Of a stretch of DNA of 64,000 nucleotides, positions 53,746-64,000 are shown piece by piece. The position numbers and the translations under genes are program-made. A model generated the notes under the pieces. The model did no database searches, was not told where the DNA came from, and was given only the letters and a program-made list of their open reading frames with translations. This stretch comes from Eledone cirrhosa (lineage: Eukaryota), in contig OZ024747.1 of NCBI GenBank assembly GCA_964016885.1, forward strand, positions 21,390,001 to 21,454,000, in the 5' to 3' direction. The first letter of the stretch is position 1, and every line of letters starts with the position of its first letter.

Positions 53746-54019
53746 CAGAGGTCCCCAACCACCGAACCACAGACCGCTACCAATCTGTGGATCATTTGCT
53801 ACTGAGCCGCAAAGAAATAATTAACTTATTTAAAATTATATAATAGATAAATTGAATATTAGACTTTAATTTAAAAAAGACTTACATGAGAGTCAACAGA
53901 TTATACATTTCTTCTTCCCTAATTGTTCTCTTTATCGAAATTCACTTAAATAATAACACATATGTGCAACTACCGGTCCGCGGAAAGACTGTCCGGCATG
54001 AAGCTGGTCGAGACTATTG
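53746..54019. mobile_element. hAT (Charlie-like) MITE
   Basis: Starts CAGAGGTCCCCAACC; degenerate right end; 7/8 TSD ATTTAGAG / CTTTAGAG. Confidence 0.65.
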
Positions 54020-55399
54020 CTTTAGAGTGTGAGATGTTTTCCATGATCAAGGCTGACCTGTGACTAAACGACAACAACAGTAGCAAAAGTAGTAGTAGTA
54101 GCAGCCAGTAGGTGTTTAACATTGCTAGCTATTCATTCCTCTTTCATCATATATTTAGTTCTGATCCAACAACTGTGAGGATGTTATCACTGTTTAGATA
54201 CCAACATATCTTATATCTTATCAATCTAAGCATTTCTTTGGAACTTCCCTGAAGTTAAGCGTGCCACCCACATGCATATATATCACACACACATGTCACA
54301 CATGTACACAAGTATAGATACTGATATCGACAGGCATCCACACACATACATATACAGACACATGTAAAGAGATACACACCCACACACAAATATAGTCTGT
54401 CACACACACTCATATACATATAGACACACACACATATATACACATACAGAAACACACACACATGCACATGTAAATACATATAGACACACTCACACACACA
54501 CACTGATAAAGACTGGCACACATACATACATACATAGTCACACATGCACTTACTCATACAGACACACACATATATACAAGCCTACATACAGATACAGACA
54601 GGCATACGCATGTGCACATACAAACACACACACACACCGAGATTTAGACTCACACACACACACACACATACAGATACAGACACACACAGACATGCATACA
54701 CACATACACATATAGATACAGCCAGACACACACACAAACATATAAACATATGCACATACATGTACATTAGTGTGGTCGTGCACACACACACATACACACA
54801 TACACACATAGAGGAAATAAAAGATAAATAAACAACACACAGAGAGAAAACATAATAAGATTGTATGCATCTTGTCTCACCCAATCCTGCAGCAACTTAG
54901 GTTTCTTTTGTTAGTAAGAGAGATTGTTACAATCCCCACCGCAGTTGTTGGGTTTATAGGATGTGCCCACTATAAAGAAAAGGTTTTAAAGGTCAGAACA
55001 TTTCCAACTTATATATTGCTTCATACTATTGGTTCTACAGCTATAAATGTTAATGGTCAGATAAATTCTTATATATCCAGTCACCATTATTACATGTATA
55101 TAACAAAAGTAGAAACAATTATTACATGTATATCCTTTCCTGTTCTTTAAACAGAGCTCAATATTGAATAAAGTTACATATAAGAAACTTCCCACAAAAT
55201 GTATAACTCTTATGTAGAATAATATTAATTCTTAACATCATGTAATGATTTGACTGAAAATATTTTAAATGGGTTTGTTAATTCAAATCTTTATAGTGGA
55301 CAGATTATTGTGAAAATTTGCTGTATTAGAGTAAAGACTTTCATTTTTAATGCAAGCATAGAAAAATGGATGTAAATTGGAGATAATGTTGATGCAGTC

Positions 55400-55584
55400 A
55401 TAATTGTTTCTACTTTAGGCACAAGGCCAGCAATTACCCAGTGCATTACTGGTACTTTATTTTATCGACCCCGTAAGGATGAAAGGCAAAGTCAACCGCG
55501 GCGGGATTTGAACTCAGATCGTAAAGGGACGTAACTATGCTGGAAAGCATGGCGTCCGACTCTCTACCGATACTGCCAATCCGC
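55400..55584 (-). mobile_element. SINE family A
   Basis: Near-identical to 185-373 and 15610; TSD GCAGTCATAAT. Confidence 0.9.
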
Positions 55585-55626
55585 AGTCATAATGCTGTTT
55601 TGTACTTTGCAAGAATGTCTTAATGA

Positions 55627-55829
55627 TGATTTCTGATATAGGTATAAGGCAGCAATTTTAGAGGAGGGGAAAGTCAATGAAATCGATCCCAGTGTGTTAC
55701 TGGAACTTTATTTTATTGACCCTGTAAGGATGAAAGGCAAAGCTAACTTCAGCAGGATTTGAACTCAGAACATAAAGGGCTGTAAATCTATGCCACTAAG
55801 CATGGTGTCCAACACTCTACTGATACTGT
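55627..55829 (-). mobile_element. Older SINE family A copy
   Basis: Core GACCCTGTAAGGATGAAAGGCAA and B-box complement GGATTTGAACTC. Confidence 0.8.
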
Positions 55830-57553
55830 TTTCATGTAGTACAGAACATTAAGAGTTAATACAGAGAACTTATTTGTAAAAATAAATAAATAATTTGTTT
55901 TAAGCAGAAATATTTTATCCTATCACATTAGGTACCTGGCAAGTCACTCACTATGTCCATTGGGTATAAAGTGCTGGATTTTAAAGGAGTAGCAAATAAA
56001 TAATCTTACCCCTGTTACTATACTGTATTCTATATCCCCTGAGCAAAATATTCAGACTAAACATGGTTGTGTGGTTAGAAAGATTGTTTAGCAGCCACAT
56101 GGTTTCAGGTTCTATCCTACTGTGTAGCACCTTGAGCAAGAAAATTTGATGATGATGATGAGGATCTTACCAAAACTCTAACCAATATTACTTCTTTACT
56201 GAAGAGCCAACAAAGAAAGAAACCTTTATGTAGTTACTCAAAATAGCAGCTAGAAATAGGAACTAAATCTCCCTCAAATCACAAATCAAGCATTTTAAAA
56301 ATGGAAATATATATTGGATAAGATAGTACTGAACATACAAGGTCTGAAAATAATTTGTGATGGTCATGGCTGTAGTGCTTTTCATCATATATCTATTCAG
56401 TCACAGCTCACATGAGCCTAACCAACAAAAAGAACTAGAATAACAAATACTTCAATGGCTTAATCCATTTTATGGATTAGAACTAGAAGTATGTTGACTC
56501 AGTACTTAGGATTACATACATTCGTGTTCACAGGGTAAAATATGGCTGCTTTATTGTATTATCAGGTTGTGGAACTTTCTCAGAAATTCCTCTAAATCCA
56601 CTTGCATGTGAAACTGGTAATTTGTACAGCTTGAGTGAAAGACTTCTTTTGTCTGTAAACAATCATATATATACCTCACTATTTTTTCTTCTTTAACTTA
56701 ATGTTATTCATATGGTATTAAAGTTAGGATAATGTAAATCTATCCAGCTCAGAGATATCCACATATAGTCATACATGTTTTTTCTTCCTTTCATTTGTTC
56801 TTTCTTTCTTTATTTTGCTTCATTTTTCTATAAAGTACAGAATAGAAGTGAACCAATAATTCCTCCTTGTTCAAATCTGATTTTAAAATCATGCAGTAAC
56901 ATATTTCTCTACAATGCATTTCTATTTCTATGGCAGAATATATTATATGTGCCCTCAATTAATCTCTCACTTAGATAGATTCTCACATGCAAAATGAAAC
57001 CAGAAGTAAATAATTAACTAATGAATCTTCAAGTAAAATGATAATAGGATTTCACAAAACTATTTATACAATGTTTAGTATTGTGGTTATAATTGTATTT
57101 ATAGTACAATTTATTCCTGCATGGCACCTTAGGCAAGTATTGTGGTTGTATATATGGTTATAGTCAAACCAGGATGCAGGTGGGCCTGTTGGCAAGGTCC
57201 TACAATTATGAAGGGGTTTACTTGCTCAAGTTCTATTTTTTTTAATTCTCTTGTTATCTCTAAGTACATCATGTATACTGCATGTACACACACATACACA
57301 CACACATATAAATATATATATGTATTTTTTCTCCACTTTTCGTAGACCTTATATCCTTACTATAGTGGTTCTCGACCCCTTGAAAAGGAAAACATAACAC
57401 CTTTTCGTGTTTTCTTCTCTATATACTGTATTATTGAGAGCCCAGTAAGTTATTCCTTGAGCTCATAAAATTATAGGGGATTAACACAAGTCTTTAACTC
57501 CATTATTTTCAATTTTTATATATATATACATATATATATACATATATATATAC

Positions 57554-57660
<107 letters not shown>

Positions 57661-57975
57661 AATATAAATTCAGCAAGAATCGCATTTCGGTAGAAAAAGC
57701 GAAACGTAACACAAATTCTGAGTCATGCTAGCAAGCGCTCCATAGGCTAAAAGACCAGAGCAATAAACATAGGTTATAAAGGCCATACAAACTGAGAAGG
57801 CGGTCAAGAAGCTATAGACCACCTAAGCCAAAAAACAAGTCAAGCTAAACAGGTCAGACAAAATAAATGACATAATCATATATATATATATACATATACA
57901 TATATATATAACAAACCTGAACCCTTAGAATTGATGGTAAAATCCAGTACAGGGTTTCTGCAACACCTAAATCAA

Positions 57976-58168
57976 TAATTGTTTCTACTATTGGCACAAG
58001 GCCAGCAAATTACCCAGTACATTACTGGTACTTTATTTTATCGACTCCGTAAGGATGAAAAGCAAAGTTAACCTCGGCGGGATTTGAACTCAGAATGGCA
58101 AGGGCCGTAACTCTATGCGTCAAAGCATGGCGTCCGACCCTCTACCGATACTGCCAATTCACCGCCCC
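57976..58168 (-). mobile_element. SINE family A
   Basis: Full copy; TSD TAAATCAATAAT. Confidence 0.9.
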
Positions 58169-58499
58169 TTAAATCAATAATACCTTCAATAATACTAAAT
58201 CAATAATACTTTCTGCTTAAAACAATAAGCTTTTGGTATAATGATCGAACAAGGAATATCACGTTATCAACAGGTATTTTTTTCTGTGCCAGTATTGTGG
58301 ATGACACAGTGTTTAGTAAAAACACATGTGTAACTCACAGGAGAAAAACCCCAGATTTTGGCAAATGAATTCAGTATGTGTAAATCATGCAAAAAAATGC
58401 ATAAATAGCACAAATCGAATAAGCTCTCAACCGGGTAGTTTTTAAAATAAACTTATACAATTAATCTCCCAATAGAATTATTAACAGGTTAATTGTAAG

Positions 58500-58990
58500 A
58501 CTCGGGAGATTAATAATTTTTTGGTTTTCATGGAAAACCCGAGCAATGAAGTCATGTCGATCCTTTGGTTTTTGATTTTGAAATAATTCATTTGATATTT
58601 CTGACCAGTTTGAATTGCATGTAATGAAGAGATCTGGCCAACCAAATTTTCTGACATAGGCCATTGCATTTTGCATACGTTCATGCATGTAACGTGGTCC
58701 TCCCGTGAAGCTTGATGGTAGCATGACTGGCTGGCCAATATTTCTTGGGTCAACATCAGAATTGATGGCATCTCTAAGGTGGATGTAGTTATCTGCCCTC
58801 AACTTAGTTTGATTCCTTCGCAGAAAACCCAATCTTTCTGTTTCAATGTTGGCATACACGTCCACCATGAACTGGCTGGTTACTTCTTTGAATCGCAGAA
58901 CTTGGTTGAAGTGATCACATACCATGAAATGATAAGCATAGAATTCTTTGCAGCTGATTGATTGGCCAGTTTCTTGTCCCGTTCCTGGGC
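58500..58990 (-). pseudogene. Helitron Rep/helicase fragment (Helitron_like_N region)
   Basis: QFMVDVYANIETERLGFLRRNQTKLRADNY...LPSSFTGGPRYMHERMQNAMAYVRKFGWPDLFITCN..W.EI...DRHDFIARVF is the canonical Helitron Rep N-terminal signature; truncated on both sides. Confidence 0.92.
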
Positions 58991-59039
58991 TGATCTGCCG
59001 TAGCTGAAAATGATATCCAATGATACCTAATGATTATTA

Positions 59040-59325
59040 TTGAACAAGAACTACTAGAAGTTAAGGATGATTTAAAAGAGGAAATGGCCACAGGTCCAAA
59101 TGGAATATCTAATTTAATCATAATTGAAACATGGAGTGTAATCAAGTAATAATGTTAAACTTATTTAATAGTATAATTAAATTTCAACATCAAACATCTA
59201 TATGGAAATTTACCCATCCGTTAGTAATAGCTAAACCAAATAAGGGCATATATCACTCTTCTATATCATATCATATAATAACTCTACTAAGTAATCTATC
59301 TAAAATGTTAGAAAAAATTATTTGA
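59040..59325 (+). pseudogene. Decayed non-LTR reverse-transcriptase N-terminal fragment (Jockey/I-like)
   Basis: ATGPNGISN, frameshift, then LNLFNSII...WKFTHPLVIAKPNK...YHIITLLSNLSKMLEKII. Matches APGPDGI / WK...IPKP.K / YRPISLLS..SK..EKII. Confidence 0.8.
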
Positions 59326-59487
59326 GACATAGTGGTGGGGAATTATATTGCAGAATCATTCACGAACCCATGGCCATTCAACACAACATTGAAGAGATGG
59401 CCCTCTTCTGTAAAGAAGTGGCAGTTATATGTGTGTGTGTATATATATATATATATAGTTATGTAATAAACAACATAAGATAATTAT

Positions 59488-59558
59488 TTCATTTACCAAA
59501 GGTTTCACGAAGACAGACGAGCTTGACACTTACGTCTACCTTCAATCATCAGAACGAA
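59488..59558 (-). ncRNA. Type I hammerhead motif with long stem II
   Basis: UUCGUU-CUGAUGA-UUGAAGGUAGACG(13-nt loop)CGUCUGUCUUCGU-GAA-ACC(UUU)GGU-A-AAUGAA: intact core, 12-bp stem II above a U.U mismatch, GUA triplet. Confidence 0.72.
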
Positions 59559-59998
59559 TTTATTAAAATGGAAGTGAGATATGGATTTGAAAACAGAGTT
59601 TAGGATAAATGAAAGTGAGGCTGAAATGAAATAACGGACATAAAGTAAAGGGGAAAAAATAAAATGTATATGTAAATATACAAACACATGCACATGCACG
59701 GAAATACTTCATATATATATATATATATATTGTGTGAAAGTACCTGGTTGAGTGGTTAGAGAATTGGATTTGCAATCATGAGGTCATGACGTGATTTCAA
59801 TTTCCAGACTGGGCATTGCGTTATGTCCTTGAGCAAGACACTTTATTTTACGTTGTCCCTTCTGCCTAGAGTTGTAACCAACAGAGAGTATTAGTAATTG
59901 GAAAAACCAATGGAAACATTGTTTCCTTTGTCCGATTTGATGAGCTCCACCCCACTTGTTAGACGAATGAGGTCTAGGATCTTGTCAATCAACTATGG

Positions 59999-60037
<39 letters not shown>

Positions 60038-60717
60038 TAGATAGATAGATAGAAACACAAATAACTGTCACAATTATATAATCATTTTTATATTTTTAGG
60101 TATCTTGCCAAGAGTACAATAAATAGTAGTATTGCAATAGTACCATAAATATTCTAAATTATTTTTTCTCCACAGTACCATTTTCAGACCAAATTGTAAA
60201 CTGAAAAGATTTGGCCTATATTTTCTTTTATTTTTTTATATTTCCTCATTTTAATAATCCTTCTTTGCTTCGTGATTGAAATTTGATTTTATGGTTTGAT
60301 CGATGTTTAGTGTTGCAGGGTTTTTTTTTTACACATCACCTGACTTCCTACTTTTCTTTACATATCTACCTGTCTACCTACCTATCCCCATACAAACCTA
60401 CCTGACTTTTTCTATGTATCTACCTACACACCTACCTACCTACTTTCTTACCTATCTAACAACTTACCTACCAACCTACAAACGTGTATACATGAATGCA
60501 TACATATACATGCATACATACATAACATTCATACATAAATGCATGCATACATACACACACATGCATACATATATACAAGCATACATACATGTATGCACAC
60601 ATGAATGCATATACATACATACACATATATATATGCATATATATACATATGCATACATACATAACATACACAAATATATGCATACATACATACATACACA
60701 TACATACATACACATAT

Positions 60718-60764
<47 letters not shown>

Positions 60765-61119
60765 CGTATATATATAAAAGCGTACCTTCCTATCTACCAA
60801 CTCTCTTATCTATTTATGATCGTCATTTCTATTTCTCAAATTTGCTTTTAGTTTATGAAGAATTATGACAGGAAACAGATTCATAGATCTAGGAGAACAG
60901 AATGAGAATAATCTATTGCAGTGAAGCGACAGCAAATATGCATTTGAGTGCATAAAAATCCAGTCTTGACTATCTAACTGCACCTGCAGTCTGTATTACC
61001 AGTTAAACATTCACACAGATTTTCTCTAACTTACATCTATTTATCCAGTCGTCAATCATGAGTGCTCTCCATTATTTAAATCACTAATAGAATGGCTATA
61101 AATATTTCAGCATACTTAC

Positions 61120-61242
61120 CATTCTGCAGATTGTATCTTCACATCCTTCTTCCATAATTACACCATTATGACAGCTTGCAACAATGGCATACAAGAAAAT
61201 CCTCAAACATTTGAGACAATCATTGTCATTCTCAAATGCATT
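61120..61242 (-). other. Candidate coding exon (41 codons, phase 0-0), product unknown
   Basis: TTTCTAG acceptor, open frame NAFENDNDCLKCLRIFLYAIVASCHNGVIMEEGCEDTICRM, ATG|GTAAGT donor; no homology recognised. Confidence 0.25.
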
Positions 61243-61578
61243 CTAGAAAGCTCTATTTCAAGGAAATAATATTTCCTTGCAAAAAAAAATCTTCCTAGAA
61301 TTTTCTTTGAAAAATATCATTCTTCTAGTTTTTGAGGGTTAATAAAGTCAATTAAATGAAAAAGAATCTTTCCAGTATTTGCCATTTCACAGATCTTTAT
61401 TTACAATGCTACATTACTTCTTACTTTTGTCAGAAGAAAGCTTATAATAATATCAACATTGATAGTGAGAAAAGCTATTCCAAAATTCTCACTTAAACAC
61501 TTAAAGCTGTTCAAATTCTAACCTGGAATCTCAATTGCTATTGGTTCTGTTCTCTCATAAATGAAATAAATATCTATC

Positions 61579-61648
<70 letters not shown>

Positions 61649-62113
61649 GAGAGAAAGGAGGGGCGTTGAAAGAGAGAGAGTGAGACTATTCCATTTAAAG
61701 ATATTTGGCATCCATGTTTAACCTAGGAGGATTCTATATATAGCAAAATAAATATGGAATGTTTCAGTTAAGAGAGGGGAGGTAATTTTTTTTTCTCCTC
61801 TTTCTAATCATATAAAACAATGTATGTTTATGCCTGAAGTGATTTTTCAGTAAGAATTTTCGAAGGAAGCACTAACATATTCTGGAAAACCTGATGAAAA
61901 TGGTAGATTTCTTTATAATTTTCTTTCTTTTACTTTTTGTTTTAATCTATTAAAGGAAAAGAAAGACTATCTATAATATATATTGCTCAAGAGCTTTCTG
62001 TTGTTACTTCGTTCTCTTGGATGACTTAATGGTATATGCATACAGTCTGTAGCTTATAATATATGCATAAGTGTGTGTGTATATATATATATAAATATAA
62101 TTCAGCGAGAATC

Positions 62114-62157
<44 letters not shown>

Positions 62158-62278
62158 TATAAATATATATACATATATACACATACATATATTCACATAT
62201 ATATGTGTGTTTATATGTGTATGCATGTATATATGTCTTCCTAACAGGAGAAACGGATGTTAAATGAAGATGATTTTG

Positions 62279-62320
<42 letters not shown>

Positions 62321-62390
62321 GATAAATCTACCAAGAGTTTACGGTAGTGTCCAATCCGTATGAAGAACTCAATGTAATCCGGATATCATG

Positions 62391-62442
62391 GAAACATACA
62401 TATATCTATATCTATATATGAGTATGTGTGTATCTGTATATG

Positions 62443-62492
<50 letters not shown>

Positions 62493-62545
62493 CATATACA
62501 GATACACACATACTCATATATAGATATAGATATATGTATGTTTCA
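62391..62545. repeat. Fold-back palindrome with (TA)n centre
   Basis: GAAACATACATATATCTATATCTATATATGAGTATGTGTGTATCTG is mirrored after the (TA)n tract. Confidence 0.85.
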
Positions 62546-62984
62546 TATAAATGAGGTAGACACATTATCTTATTTCGAGACTAGATAGATCAGGTGACCA
62601 TCCATTTTGGCATGGCTACAATAGTTCTATAGCTAGATGCACTCCCTAATGCCAATCACATCGTGTCACCAGCACTACCACTTTGCAAAGGCGCTGGCTG
62701 CATTTTATCATAGCACCAACACTATTACTTTACAGACTGCACAGGGAGCGTTTTCACATGCCTCCAGCACTACCACTTACATAGTGTATGTAGTAGGTGC
62801 CTTTTAATGTGGCACCAACACTAGGGCAGTCTGTGTTCTCAGCTGGGTAGGAAGAAGCAGTGATGGGACAGTGAATTGTTATGTAGCTGTCTAGTACTGA
62901 GTAATGCAGAATTACTCCTAGGTATACAATATGAATGATACACTAATTCCACAGTAGACTTTTTCACGCTCAGAGTTGCTGAAG

Positions 62985-64000
62985 CATGGAACAAACTACC
63001 TGCAGCAGTTGTTAGCTGTCGAGACACTGCATCCTTTAAAACCTCCATGGAACAAACTACCTGCATCAGTTGTTAGCTGTTGAGACACTGCATCCTTTAA
63101 AACCTCCATGGGACAAACTACCTGCATCAGTTGTTAGCTGTCGAGACACTGCATCCTTTAAAACCTCCATGGGACAAACTACCTGCATCTGTTGTTAGCT
63201 GTTGAGACACTGCATCCTTTAAAACCTCCATGGAACAAACTACCTGTTGTTAGCTGTCGAGACACTGCATCCTTTAAAACCTCCATGGAAGAAACTACCT
63301 GCATCAGTTGTTAGCTGTCGAGACACTGCATCCTTTAAAACCTCCATGGAACAAACTACCTGCATCAGTTGTTAACTGTCGAGACACTGCATCCTTTAAA
63401 ACCTCCATGGAACAAACTACCTGCATCAGTTGTTAGCTGTCGAGACACTGCATCCTTTAAAACCTCCATGGAACAAACTACCTGCATCAGTTGTTAGCTG
63501 TCGAGACACTGCATCCTTTAAAACCTCCATGGAACAAACTACCTGCATCAGTTGTTAGCTGTCGAGACACTGCATCCTTTAAAACCTCCATGGGACAAAC
63601 TACCTGCATCAGTTGTTAGCTGTCGAGACACTGCATCCTTTAAAACCTCCATGGGACAAACTACCTGCATCAGTTGTTAGCTGTCGAGACACTGCATCCT
63701 TTAAAACCTCCATGGAACAAACTACCTGCATCAGTTGTTAACTGTCGAGACACTGCATCCTTTAAAACCTCCATGGGACAAACTACCTGCATCAGTTGTT
63801 AGCTGTCGAGACACTGCATCCTTTAAAACCTCCATGGGACAAACTACCTGCATCAGTTGTTAGCTGTCGAGACACTGCATCCTTTAAAACCTCCATGGGA
63901 CAAACTACCTGCATCAGTTGTTAGCTGTCGAGACACTGCATCCTTTAAAACCTCCATGGGACAAACTACCTGCATCTGTTGTTAGATGTTGAGACACTGC
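62985..64000 (+). repeat. 61-bp minisatellite (>=16 copies, runs off the window) derived from a CR1/L2 LINE ORF2 tail
   Basis: Unit CATGGAACAAACTACCTGCATCAGTTGTTAGCTGTCGAGACACTGCATCCTTTAAAACCTC; first unit plus upstream reads FFTLRVAEAWNKLPAAVVSCRDTASFK. Confidence 0.93.

Noticed and set aside
54872-55000. VVGFIGC..KE motif reminiscent of tetraspanin TM2
   Set aside because: Match is too short, with no other tetraspanin exons or good splice sites.
62985-64000. CRISPR-like regular array (also 13168-13885 and 18135-24770)
   Set aside because: Units are contiguous with no unique spacers, no cas genes, and the context is eukaryotic.

Overview
AT-rich, repeat-dominated eukaryotic DNA. It is most likely from an octopus/cephalopod genome; this is inferred from recalled resemblance of its tRNA-derived SINEs to Octopus families and from the heavy (TA)n/(CA)n/(GA)n load. 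I find no confidently identifiable intact host gene. The window holds many SINE copies (several with target-site duplications), hAT- and Mariner-type MITEs, decayed LINE fragments (CRE-like RLE, RTE, Jockey/I-like RT, CR1/L2 tail), a Helitron Rep fragment, and four large minisatellites (36, 33, 87 and 61 bp units). The long ORFs in the track are by-products of those arrays. The most interesting signal is a set of type I hammerhead-ribozyme motifs read directly from the sequence, nearly all beside (TA)n tracts. The best case is a 469-bp tandem dimer (8831-9701) carrying two identical, fully paired minimal hammerheads, the architecture of a retrozyme or Penelope pseudo-LTR. There is also a high density of fold-back palindromes, several built from these same elements.
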